64,000 bases of DNA, taken from IMG/VR virus record IMGVR_UViG_3300037087_000757. One strand, given 5' to 3'. The DNA comes from an uncultured virus (IMG/VR IMGVR_UViG_3300037087_000757) (Duplodnaviria > Heunggongvirae > Uroviricota > Caudoviricetes). The position numbers and the translations under genes are program-made. The notes beneath the pieces are model-generated. The model worked only from the letters and a program-made list of their open reading frames with translations, was not told the DNA's origin and made no database searches. Below, in pieces: positions 40,193-50,090 of this stretch. Numbering within the stretch: position 1 is the stretch's first letter; the number at the start of each line of letters is the position of its first letter.

Positions 40193-40996
40193 ATGACAAA
40201 TGAAAATGACATAATAAAAAGTATAATAAAAGAATATCCCAAAAATGGATATGAAAAAACATCCAAAATACTTGGTATAAGTTCATATAGAATTAAAAGA
40301 ATTATCAAAAAAAATAATTTGATTTTGAAAAGAGAAAGAAGAGTCGAATTTTCAAATTTTGAAATTATAAATAAAAAAGAAGTGGCCTATTTTCTTGGAT
40401 TTTTTTGGTCAGATGGATATTTATACAAAAACGAAATCGACATATCAATTAAAAGACTTGACAGTGATGAAATTCTAAATGTCTTGAATAAATTTGGAAA
40501 CTGGAATATAAAAAAATATATTTCGAAATTAAATAATAAAGAATTTCTCGGTTCTACTATTTACATATATGATAAAATGATAACAAATTATTTAATAGAA
40601 AATGAATATGATAAAAAATCATTAACCTCTCCAACTAAAATATTATCTAAAATAGATAATTATTTAAAACCATATTTTTTTAGAGGATTAATTGATGGTG
40701 ATGGTTGTTTTAGTTCTAAAAATAGGTCATATTTTTCAATAACCGGAAACATTAAACAAAACTGGATTGATATGGAAAAATTATTGAATTCACTCGATAT
40801 AAAATATAAATTAACAAGAAAAGAAAGAAAAACAGGAAATTCCAGTTTTATAGTTATATCTTCTAAAAAAGATATAATTAAATTGGGTGATTACATATAC
40901 GGTGATTATTTTGATGGAATGGGTCTAAATAGAAAATATAAAGTATATTACGAAATAAAAAACAAACCAATATCTAAATATTCAAGAGTTAAATAA
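40193..40996 (+). CDS. Free-standing LAGLIDADG homing endonuclease
   Basis: VAYFLGFFWSDG and FFRGLIDGDG motifs, C-terminal LNRK. Confidence 0.9.
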   Translation: MTNENDIIKSIIKEYPKNGYEKTSKILGISSYRIKRIIKKNNLILKRERRVEFSNFEIINKKEVAYFLGFFWSDGYLYKNEIDISIKRLDSDEILNVLNKFGNWNIKKYISKLNNKEFLGSTIYIYDKMITNYLIENEYDKKSLTSPTKILSKIDNYLKPYFFRGLIDGDGCFSSKNRSYFSITGNIKQNWIDMEKLLNSLDIKYKLTRKERKTGNSSFIVISSKKDIIKLGDYIYGDYFDGMGLNRKYKVYYEIKNKPISKYSRVK

Positions 40997-41031
40997 TTTT
41001 TATATGTCAAAAAATTTCGTATCTTTACATT

Positions 41032-41841
41032 ATGAATAAGCTCTATTTCATGGGAGATTCTCATGGCAAATGGAAAAGTTTTGAGGAATTAATTATTTCT
41101 CAAAATATTCGTGATGCCTCTATATGGCATTTAGGGGATGGTGTCTTTGGTTTGGGTGACCGAAAAACAGATATGATAATTATGACCAGACTCAATGATT
41201 TCTTATTATCCAAAAATATAACACTCTTTAATACGCGTGGAAACCATGAAAATCCGTACTGGTTTAAATCTGAATCCACTTTACTCAAATATTTAGAACA
41301 AGAAGATAAAAAAGTTCCTACTTGGAAGAAAGAGGATTATTATTACAGGTACTACTATATTAATCCAAATGAATATTGTCAGTTCATTAAAAACCTTTCA
41401 AATATAAAATTTGTTAAGGATTACGATGTCGTAACCATAAACGATTTAAATATCCTTTCTATCGGGGGTGCCATCAGTATAGACCGCAAACAACAAAATA
41501 GTATCAATGGTCAATATTTTACAAATGAAAAATTATCATTCAGTAACCAAGTTTATAACCTAAAAAATATTGATATTGTAGCCAGTCATACAACCCCAGA
41601 TTTCGCTGGTCCACATAAGTTTGCTGAAATAATTTATCACTATGAGTCCCACGATACTAATTTGGTCTATGAACTTACACAGGAAAGAAAACTCATGACC
41701 AAAATCTATCAGGAATTGATAAAAAATAATAATATTAAATTATGGGTATATGGTCATTATCATCATCACATTCAAGATAAATATGATAATATAGATTTTA
41801 TTTGTTTGGGTATTCTTGAATTAGCAGAATTTTTTAAGTAA
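41032..41841 (+). CDS. Calcineurin-like metallophosphoesterase
   Basis: GDSHG, LGD, RGNHE, GGAISIDR, SHT, YGHYH. Confidence 0.9.
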   Translation: MNKLYFMGDSHGKWKSFEELIISQNIRDASIWHLGDGVFGLGDRKTDMIIMTRLNDFLLSKNITLFNTRGNHENPYWFKSESTLLKYLEQEDKKVPTWKKEDYYYRYYYINPNEYCQFIKNLSNIKFVKDYDVVTINDLNILSIGGAISIDRKQQNSINGQYFTNEKLSFSNQVYNLKNIDIVASHTTPDFAGPHKFAEIIYHYESHDTNLVYELTQERKLMTKIYQELIKNNNIKLWVYGHYHHHIQDKYDNIDFICLGILELAEFFK

Positions 41842-42684
41842 ATTTTTGGTGATAATATATTTATCATATTTTCTTTTCAATCCCATTTTATCCATTTCAT
41901 AATTAACATAAACAAAATCACCCAATTTAACAATGTCGTTTCTTTTAGTTATCCTGACTACTGATGATTTATGAATTTTTCCTTCTTTTTTAATTTTACT
42001 TTTCTTTATATTATATTTTATATTCAATGAATTTAAAATATCAGTAAAATAATTCCAATTTTGATTATAACTTCCAGCCAATGAAAATTGTGTTTGATTA
42101 GTCTTTTTATTTATATAAAAACAACCATCACCATCGATTACACCCCTCAAAAAATAATTCATTAATTCTCCATTGAGTTTCTCTATGAAATTGGGAGAAT
42201 TTTTTGATTTTTGAGTATATCCATAATTTTCAAATATACTCAAAATACTTCCCAAATGACATGATATCGAACTTAATATTTTTCTATTTTTTCTTTTTAT
42301 ATTTTCTTTATAATCCCACTCACCCAATCCAAAAAAGACATTTTTTATATTATTAATATCATTTTTATTTATTTCCAAACTTAAAGTTATTCTATTTAAA
42401 TAACCATCTGACCATAAAATCCCCATGATATACGCGACATCTTTTCTATTCAAATCGATAAATAATTTTTCATTCGGATATAAATATTTCAATGAGTTGG
42501 TTTTCTGTACTTCTAACTTTCTTAATGATGATACTTTTAAACCTAATTTTTGAATTCTACTAACAACAACATCTTTCGAGATATTTAATTTTTCAGAACA
42601 ATATTGTAAACCATTGTCTGGGTAATATATCCTCAAAAATGAGATTTCATTTTCTGACCATTGGTATCTAATTTTTCTACTCAT
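41821..42684 (-). CDS. Free-standing LAGLIDADG homing endonuclease
   Basis: WSENE..FLR..Y HTH start, VAYIMGILWSDG, FLRGVIDGDG, LKRK. Confidence 0.9.
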   Translation of the reverse strand: MSRKIRYQWSENEISFLRIYYPDNGLQYCSEKLNISKDVVVSRIQKLGLKVSSLRKLEVQKTNSLKYLYPNEKLFIDLNRKDVAYIMGILWSDGYLNRITLSLEINKNDINNIKNVFFGLGEWDYKENIKRKNRKILSSISCHLGSILSIFENYGYTQKSKNSPNFIEKLNGELMNYFLRGVIDGDGCFYINKKTNQTQFSLAGSYNQNWNYFTDILNSLNIKYNIKKSKIKKEGKIHKSSVVRITKRNDIVKLGDFVYVNYEMDKMGLKRKYDKYIITKNLLKKFC

Positions 42685-42796
42685 TCTTTACTTATTTTTA
42701 CACCTTTTGGAACTCTCTGGTACGAAGTAGGTTATCTCAAATGTTGTAAGATTATGATATATATCTAAACATAAATTCTGTTAAATGCGCTTTTTT

Positions 42797-43165
42797 TTAA
42801 CTCTGCTTTTTATATTCTGGATAGGGATAAGATTTATTTATGATATTACCATAATGTACCTCAACTTCATCACCTATTTTATATGAAGTTTTCGATGAAT
42901 TGTAATCTGTTCTGACTTGATTTTCTCCCTCTGAATCTATAGCCTTAAAAATATAATCTGTTACTTTAACTTTGACTCTATTAAATTTTGAATTTTCTAT
43001 AACTTCACCGACATATCGATAAGGTTTATGATATCCAAAATCTCCAGATGGAGAATAATTAAATATAACAAAATTCCCAACAGGTATAGTTTCATCTTTA
43101 TCTATACTCACCATATGAACAAATTGTGATGGGTCGTAATCTTCGAATGTCTTTAAATATTTCAT
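42797..43165 (-). CDS. Hypothetical protein with MKYLKTFE leader (possible internal head protein)
   Basis: N-terminal motif shared with neighbours. Confidence 0.55.
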   Translation of the reverse strand: MKYLKTFEDYDPSQFVHMVSIDKDETIPVGNFVIFNYSPSGDFGYHKPYRYVGEVIENSKFNRVKVKVTDYIFKAIDSEGENQVRTDYNSSKTSYKIGDEVEVHYGNIINKSYPYPEYKKQS

Positions 43166-43605
43166 GCCTTTGTAAAAAATACTTTTCCTTCTTCCAATAA
43201 TGTTTCACAGAAATCTTCTACCATATAATTTGGAAACCAGTAAACTTCTGAATTTTCTTCTTGGTTTTTATTGGTTATATCTCCTTCATCGTCAACATAA
43301 TACTGATAGGTGAATCCCGGAGCATTAGTTAAACCAAACCCAGCTTCTCCCATATCAAAATGATACATCCACTCAGAATTGACTTGAATATCTTCGAAAT
43401 AATCCCATAGATTCATATCACTGAGTTTCTTCTTTTCATCTTCTTTGTTTTCCTCAGCTTCTTCTCTACCCTCTTTAGTTATATGTAGATAAAGACCATT
43501 TTCAACTGGTTCTATCTCAAGGTATTGTCCACCTTGTTTCCCGAACTTACCCACATTTTCATTTATAAAATCTTGGAATTTTTTCAAATTTTTCATATCA
43601 TTCAT
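43162..43605 (-). CDS. Acidic protein with MKNLKKFQDFINE leader (possible internal head protein)
   Basis: N-terminal motif shared with neighbours. Confidence 0.55.
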   Translation of the reverse strand: MNDMKNLKKFQDFINENVGKFGKQGGQYLEIEPVENGLYLHITKEGREEAEENKEDEKKKLSDMNLWDYFEDIQVNSEWMYHFDMGEAGFGLTNAPGFTYQYYVDDEGDITNKNQEENSEVYWFPNYMVEDFCETLLEEGKVFFTKA

Positions 43606-43612
43606 TTATTTT

Positions 43613-43789
43613 TTAAATATACATTATGTTTTCACCGGGTACATGAGCAATTATCTTACCCGTATAAGTCTTTCCATTAAACTTTCCATATTCAACTCCA
43701 CCCTTAAAGGATTTACCTTTACCCTTCTTCTTATTCTTCTTTGATTCATTTACGAATTCATCAAAAGACATTAAATGTTTCGTATTCAT
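43613..43789 (-). CDS. 58-aa basic protein MNTKHLMSFDEFVNESKKNKKKGK...
   Basis: Manual translation, below track cutoff; late motif at 43812-43822. Confidence 0.6.
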   Translation of the reverse strand: MNTKHLMSFDEFVNESKKNKKKGKGKSFKGGVEYGKFNGKTYTGKIIAHVPGENIMYI

Positions 43790-43810
43790 GGGTTTTGACC
43801 TCGATTTTGT

Positions 43811-44911
43811 TTATATATTAAATATTTTTTGTAACTTTTTTGAAACATTCTCTGTGTATTTTATTCTTATAAGTTTGATATTATTGTTTCGACAATAATC
43901 ATTTTTTATATTATCATGTAATTTAATTCTTTCGAAATTATTTCTAATTTTACCACCAAAATAACAGTCTGATGTATAGTGTTGTTCTCCATCGAATTCG
44001 ACACAAACATTATATTCTGGTAAATAAAAATCAAAAGGTAAAGGTAGTTTATTTCGACAATCTTTGAATCTATATTGTGAAAAATATTTTATATTGTTTT
44101 CATTTAAATATTTTCCTACCCTTAATTCACCTTTGGATTCATTACATTTAGGACATCCTTGACCACATAAATGAGACCCCGCTTCAACATCGAAAATATG
44201 ACCACATTTATTACATTTAACTTTAACTTTTATTTCGGAATTTACATACTTCACTAATGAATAATCATATCTGATGTTACTGTGTTTTTTTCTTGCCTTT
44301 TTTATATATTCTTCTGTTGTTAATTGTTTGTTACCAGCACAAACGGAACAACCACATCCATCTAAATGATTTTTGGGGTCTTGTTGAAAAATAGTATTAC
44401 AATTATTACATTTTATTATTATCTTAGTACGAGAATTAACATATTTTGTTAAAGAATAATCATATCTATACTCACCGTGTTTTTTCTTTACTCGTTTTAA
44501 ATATTCATCTTGTGTAAATCTCATTGACTTATATCCATAACATTTCACACACTTTCCACCATTTAAATGAAAATCTGGTGTTATTTCTAAAATTTTTCCA
44601 CATTTATTACATTTAATTTTTACCTTTTTACGGATTCCTTTATATTTCACCAAATGATAATCATATTTTTTACCATATTTTTTTATTGATTTTTCAATAA
44701 ATTTTTCACCCTTTAATTCTTCGGTGCATTTTGGACAACCACTTTTAATATGATTAGATATCAATTGTTTAAAAACTCCATGTTTTAGACATTTAATTTT
44801 TATTTTAGTATCATAATTAATATAATTCACTAATGAATAATCATATTTTTCACCATGAACAATTTTTAATTGTTTTATAACTTCTTCCTGTGATAATTTT
44901 CTACCTCTCAT
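43811..44911 (-). CDS. Homing-endonuclease-like protein: four DUF723-like zinc repeats plus PD-(D/E)xK (Vsr/DUF559-like) nuclease
   Basis: YDYSLV.Y...KI.C repeats; ESKGE, LPFDFYLP, VEFDGEQHY. Confidence 0.85.
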   Translation of the reverse strand: MRGRKLSQEEVIKQLKIVHGEKYDYSLVNYINYDTKIKIKCLKHGVFKQLISNHIKSGCPKCTEELKGEKFIEKSIKKYGKKYDYHLVKYKGIRKKVKIKCNKCGKILEITPDFHLNGGKCVKCYGYKSMRFTQDEYLKRVKKKHGEYRYDYSLTKYVNSRTKIIIKCNNCNTIFQQDPKNHLDGCGCSVCAGNKQLTTEEYIKKARKKHSNIRYDYSLVKYVNSEIKVKVKCNKCGHIFDVEAGSHLCGQGCPKCNESKGELRVGKYLNENNIKYFSQYRFKDCRNKLPLPFDFYLPEYNVCVEFDGEQHYTSDCYFGGKIRNNFERIKLHDNIKNDYCRNNNIKLIRIKYTENVSKKLQKIFNI

Positions 44912-44991
44912 ATAGTTATATATAAAATAATAAGAATCAAAAAATATTAAAACAAACCTTTCATTATTTTATATACAAGAGAAAAATCTTT

Positions 44992-47900
44992 TTGATGAAA
45001 AAACTATTATCAATAATGCCACATGCTAGTACTGGAGGACTTCCACAAGTACTTTGCAAGAGGGTTGAAATCATTAAAAACGATATCGATATTTATGTGG
45101 TCGAATATCAGAATGTATCTGACCATTTCGTAATCCAAAAAAACAGACTGAAGAAACTTCTTAAACCGAATCATTTTTTTACTCTTGGTGAAAATAAATT
45201 CGAGGTATTGGATATTATAAAGAAAATTCAACCGGATTTCATTCATTTTGAGGAAATGCCGGAATTTTTCATGGATTATAATTTAGCTAAAGAAATATAC
45301 ACAAAAGACCGTTCATATAAAATATTTGAAACTACCCATTCATCTGACTACAATGTAGATGATAAGAAATTTTTTCCAGATAAGTTTTTGTTTGTTTCTC
45401 AATATAACAGTTTCAAATTCAATAAATTCAGAATACCAAGTGAGGTTATAGAATATCCTGTCGAAAAAAGACAGAGACCAACCCCTGAAAGAAAACTCGA
45501 ATTATTTAAAAAATTAGGTTTAGATCCTAAATATAAATATGTTTTAAATGTAGGACTTTTTACTCGAAGAAAGAATCAAGGATATGCTTTTGAAATAGCT
45601 CGTAAGATGGTAGATAAACCAGTGAAATTTCTTTTCATTGGAAACCAAGCTGGTAATTTTGAAGATTATTGGAAACCACTTATGAAAAATGTTCCAAAGA
45701 ATGTTGTTTTATTAGGTGAAAAAGATAATGTATTTGATTATTATGATGCTTGTGATTTATTCTTATTCACAAGTCGTGGTTTTCGTTTTGACAAAGAATT
45801 AAATCCATTGGTTATCAAAGAAGCTTTGGAACATCAAATCCCACAATTTTTATTTCCACTGGATGTATACAACAGAAAATATGACATCGAAAATGATACG
45901 ATCCATTATCTGTTTGGAGATCTTGATATAGACACCGCGTTGGTTCGTAATTTCTTATTTCCAAGTGATTATTTTGATTTAAGAAAAATAGGAACAACGG
46001 ATGATTCTATGAAAAGACCAAAAATTCGTGCTGTTCATTTATTATTGGAAGAAGATGATAGAAAGTCTGAATCCATAAAAGAAATGGAGAAATTAAAGAA
46101 TTTTGGAATCGATTATGTACAACACATCAACAAAAGATTTACTGGTGTTCCACCAAAAGAATTTTGTGAAAGACCTTGGGATGTTGGACGATTAGGATCA
46201 TATTCCCTCAGGGGTCCTCATTATGGTAATTATACTTCTTTCCGAAAGGCCATCTTAACGGAGTTCACCGATGATGTTGACTATCTCATGGTCTTAGAAT
46301 CTGACTGTAAACTCACTGTACCGATTGAAGAATTTGTGTCGAAAGTTTTTGAATCATGTAATAAGATTCATCAACATGGAATTTATTATATGTCATATGG
46401 AGATAGAAAAAATTTGAGAACTGGTGAAGTCGTTTCTGATGTTCAAGAAAATACTGATGTTTCTTGGATGTATGTAACAAACAAAATAATTGGAATACAA
46501 TGTATAATGTTTCCAAAATTTGCAAGAGATTATATACAGAGATCTTATCAAACACAATTATGGGATGTTAGTGATTTATATTTTAATAATGTTTTTAAAT
46601 ATAAAAAGAAAGGAATAGCTCCCAATTTAACAACTCAAATAGAAGGAATATCAACTATTCAAGGAGAAAATATAACACATTTTTTATTGAAGAATGACAC
46701 CAATTTATTAAAAGATAAAAATCCAAACGATATTCTCATTGAATTCATAAGAGAACCAATGGGTAATTCACCAGCTGATGTATTTCATTTGGTACTAAGT
46801 GATTTTTATCAAAATAATATTGATACCATTAAGATAGATGTTTGTGGAAGTATTTCATCAAATTTACCAATAACCCCGATATATTCAACTACTACGAATT
46901 TATCACCACATTCTTCTACTTGGATTCAGATTCATAAATGGGATGAATATGAATCTTTTTATTTTGATTTTTCTTATAAAGGAACTTTTTTGTTTAGAAA
47001 AGAAGTAAAAATGAAAAAGACAAATAAAAAAATAGAAGAAATAAAAATTCAAGAACCATCTAAAGTTGAAGAAACAAAAGAAGAACCAATAGAAATTATT
47101 GAACCGATAAAAGTTCCTTTTACAATGTCTGGTCAAGAAATAATAAGAATATCAGAAAATGATTTTAAAGCAGAATATAATATAGAAGAAAATAAAATCA
47201 ATATTTTTTATTCTAATGAACATAAATCAAATTTTAAAGTTCATTTTTCAGACATAGATTCTAATTATCCAATATTCACGAAAGATATGGAATTCGGGAA
47301 AGATTTTTATAATTGGATTGTTCCAAGTCATATTAATTATTTCAAAAACTATAATAATTTCAATGGGTATAAACTCAGTTTTTTTAATATTGATGATAAT
47401 ATAAATGAGTCAAAACCTTTATATACAAAAGAAATCAGATTGAGAAATGAAAAAACTGTTTGTACTTATAATTTTACAGAAACCGATTCAATAAATAAAG
47501 ACAGATACTATGAGATATTTCATGAGGATGTTTATAAATATCTTAATATTTCTGATAAAGACGAATGTGTAATCGATTTCAGTTCTGATTATTATTTATT
47601 TTCTATTTATGCTTCCAATAAAGGATCAAAACAAGTTATAGGGATTGATTTCAGTCAAAGTACATATCAAAAAGATTATCTGAATATAACCTACTATAAT
47701 AGAATTCCATTGGACTTACCTACTAAAATAGGTTTAATAAAAACTGATAATTATAAACTGGAAACATTCAATGATGAAGTTTTATCGAATACTGATAGAA
47801 TATTACTTGAATATGATACTCATGAAAAACTTTTAACAATAAATGATAAATTAAAAAAATTAGGATTTATTGAAATAAATAAAACTCATAATTTAAGTTA

Positions 47901-48987
47901 TTTTGTAAAAAACAATAGTGAATTTGTTCCGAAAAATACTTTTAAAAGTAATGAAACTGGTGAGGATTTATATGTGGTTTTAACATATCCAGATACAAAA
48001 GTAAAACAGAAAACTACTATTGATTGTATAAAAAATATTAAACAGAATACGACCAAGAAAATATTGACAGCTTCCCATTATCCTCTCACAAAAGATATTC
48101 AACAATTAACTGATTTCTATCTTTATGATAGTTATAATCCACTCGTTGAACACACTTTATACAATCGTTATTATAGTGATATGGGTGATATTAGAGTTGA
48201 TCTTCATCTTGATAAACTGAATAATGTAAACAAATTAAATCAATCATTAACAGTATTAAATAACATTGAAAACTCTGTTCGTTTTGCTAAAGAATCTGGA
48301 TATAAAAAAATTATCTGTGTTTCGTATGATTTTATTTTTAATAAGGATAATATTCAACTAATAGATAGTATTTGTGAAAAATTAGATAAAGAAAATAAAA
48401 AAGGTTATTTCATGTCATACAACGAAGGAGATATGAGTTTATTAAAAACTGTATTCTTTATTATTGATGTGAATTTTTATTCAGAAATATTCACCAATCC
48501 ACGAACACCAGAGAAATATAATGAAGAATGTAAACAAATGGGGTGTCATAATTTCTTGGAGAGTTATTTTAATAAAAAATTATCAAGTAATTTATATCAT
48601 CTAATTGTAGAAAATACAGATGAAGAAAAATTATTTAATAATTCCAATATAAATCTATTCTCTGGTGTTGAATATTTAACAGTTATTCCAGTTAAAAATC
48701 AATCAGCTTTTGTTGTCTGGTTTAATTCAAGTAATAAAAAAGATGATCGAAGAATTGATTTTATTTTTGAAAATAATGGAACAGTTGAACAATCAACCCA
48801 TTTTATAAAAGATAGATCTTTCTATTATAGAAAATTCGAATTAAATATTCATGATAATTGGCGAATAACAGCTCGATTTATTGATTCCATAACCAATGAA
48901 AAACTTGATGAATTTCACTTTGAAATTGATAAGGATAGTTTCATCAATATATTGAATAATGGATTATTTACAGAAAAAAATAATTAA
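44992..48987 (+). CDS. Multidomain glycosyltransferase: GT4-like, GT-A-like, degenerate FkbM-like, C-terminal domain
   Basis: PHASTGGLPQ, NVGLFTRRKNQ, DLFLFTS, ELNPLVIKEA (GT4-like); YLMVLESD (GT-A-like); YYEIF...VIDFSS...FSIYA (FkbM-like without the Gly motif). Confidence 0.8.
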   Translation: MMKKLLSIMPHASTGGLPQVLCKRVEIIKNDIDIYVVEYQNVSDHFVIQKNRLKKLLKPNHFFTLGENKFEVLDIIKKIQPDFIHFEEMPEFFMDYNLAKEIYTKDRSYKIFETTHSSDYNVDDKKFFPDKFLFVSQYNSFKFNKFRIPSEVIEYPVEKRQRPTPERKLELFKKLGLDPKYKYVLNVGLFTRRKNQGYAFEIARKMVDKPVKFLFIGNQAGNFEDYWKPLMKNVPKNVVLLGEKDNVFDYYDACDLFLFTSRGFRFDKELNPLVIKEALEHQIPQFLFPLDVYNRKYDIENDTIHYLFGDLDIDTALVRNFLFPSDYFDLRKIGTTDDSMKRPKIRAVHLLLEEDDRKSESIKEMEKLKNFGIDYVQHINKRFTGVPPKEFCERPWDVGRLGSYSLRGPHYGNYTSFRKAILTEFTDDVDYLMVLESDCKLTVPIEEFVSKVFESCNKIHQHGIYYMSYGDRKNLRTGEVVSDVQENTDVSWMYVTNKIIGIQCIMFPKFARDYIQRSYQTQLWDVSDLYFNNVFKYKKKGIAPNLTTQIEGISTIQGENITHFLLKNDTNLLKDKNPNDILIEFIREPMGNSPADVFHLVLSDFYQNNIDTIKIDVCGSISSNLPITPIYSTTTNLSPHSSTWIQIHKWDEYESFYFDFSYKGTFLFRKEVKMKKTNKKIEEIKIQEPSKVEETKEEPIEIIEPIKVPFTMSGQEIIRISENDFKAEYNIEENKINIFYSNEHKSNFKVHFSDIDSNYPIFTKDMEFGKDFYNWIVPSHINYFKNYNNFNGYKLSFFNIDDNINESKPLYTKEIRLRNEKTVCTYNFTETDSINKDRYYEIFHEDVYKYLNISDKDECVIDFSSDYYLFSIYASNKGSKQVIGIDFSQSTYQKDYLNITYYNRIPLDLPTKIGLIKTDNYKLETFNDEVLSNTDRILLEYDTHEKLLTINDKLKKLGFIEINKTHNLSYFVKNNSEFVPKNTFKSNETGEDLYVVLTYPDTKVKQKTTIDCIKNIKQNTTKKILTASHYPLTKDIQQLTDFYLYDSYNPLVEHTLYNRYYSDMGDIRVDLHLDKLNNVNKLNQSLTVLNNIENSVRFAKESGYKKIICVSYDFIFNKDNIQLIDSICEKLDKENKKGYFMSYNEGDMSLLKTVFFIIDVNFYSEIFTNPRTPEKYNEECKQMGCHNFLESYFNKKLSSNLYHLIVENTDEEKLFNNSNINLFSGVEYLTVIPVKNQSAFVVWFNSSNKKDDRRIDFIFENNGTVEQSTHFIKDRSFYYRKFELNIHDNWRITARFIDSITNEKLDEFHFEIDKDSFINILNNGLFTEKNN

Positions 48988-49444
48988 ATGTGAAATGTTT
49001 AAAAAATTTACAGAAATTAATGAGAACAAGAAATCCAAGAAGGTGTTTTTGGGAGGTACTTGTAATGAAAGTACATGGAGAGATAAATTAATAAAAAAAT
49101 TAGAAATTGATTATTTCAATCCTGTTGTGAAAGATTGGACGGATGAAGCATATAAAGAAGAATTGAAGCAAAGAAAGATTTGCGATTTTCTTTTATATGT
49201 TATCACACCCAAAATGACAGGGGTTTATAGTATAGCTGAGGTCACAGACGATTCGAATAAAAATCCAGATAAAACAATTTTTTGTTATTTGACATTGGAT
49301 AATGATAAAGATGAGGATGATTATAAATTCAACAAAGTTCAAAGTAAATCACTCGATGCTGTTTCAAAAATGATAAAAGAAAATGGTGGAAAATGTTTCA
49401 CCTCTTTATCAGAAGTGGCTGAATATTTAAACAAACAAAAATGA
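48959..49444 (+). CDS. Nucleoside 2-deoxyribosyltransferase-like protein (likely start near 48995, MFKKFTEINE)
   Basis: KVFLGGT, WR, YFNP, E...CD, YSIAE. Confidence 0.75.
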   Translation: MDYLQKKIIKCEMFKKFTEINENKKSKKVFLGGTCNESTWRDKLIKKLEIDYFNPVVKDWTDEAYKEELKQRKICDFLLYVITPKMTGVYSIAEVTDDSNKNPDKTIFCYLTLDNDKDEDDYKFNKVQSKSLDAVSKMIKENGGKCFTSLSEVAEYLNKQK

Positions 49445-49585
49445 AAAAAGAAAATTATATGGAAGAAAAAATTAAAATTAAAATACCAGAACCATCTCAA
49501 CCACCATCCGATAGAATTGATATTGAACCTTGTTTATTGGAAATACTAACATTCGGATTATATAAAACAAAAAAATTCATAACAA

Positions 49586-49792
49586 ATGAAAATATTCACA
49601 AAACAAATTAAAACTTGTGATGATTGTCCGAACTTATCGGATGGTGCCATGTCTAATTGTACATATGATAAAAAGAATCCAAAAATGATATGTAGTTTTT
49701 TAGATAAAATACCATGGCTAAAGGATAAAAATATTAAATATCCATTATCTATACCTGATTGGTGTCCATTAAATGAAATAACAACAAAATGA
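49586..49792 (+). CDS. Small Cys-rich phage protein
   Basis: CDDCP...C...IPDWCPL. Confidence 0.65.
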   Translation: MKIFTKQIKTCDDCPNLSDGAMSNCTYDKKNPKMICSFLDKIPWLKDKNIKYPLSIPDWCPLNEITTK

Positions 49793-50090
49793 AAATAAGA
49801 TATGGAAATAGAGAAAAATGTGAAAATTGTAAATATATGTTTACGAAAGATAATGTTCTTTTTTGTGCCAAAACAATCAATTTTACTCGATTAGAGAATT
49901 ATTGTGAAAAATTTAAAATGAAAGATGAAAGAGATAATAGATAATACAAGAAAAAAATGTAAAAAATGTCATAAAGGACATTACAAAGAAATGTATCAAT
50001 TAGATGATCTTAAAGGTGTCCTTCATTGTGATAAATGTGATCATGAAATTGAAAGATATATTTATACTCTTAAAAAATAATGAATTATGA

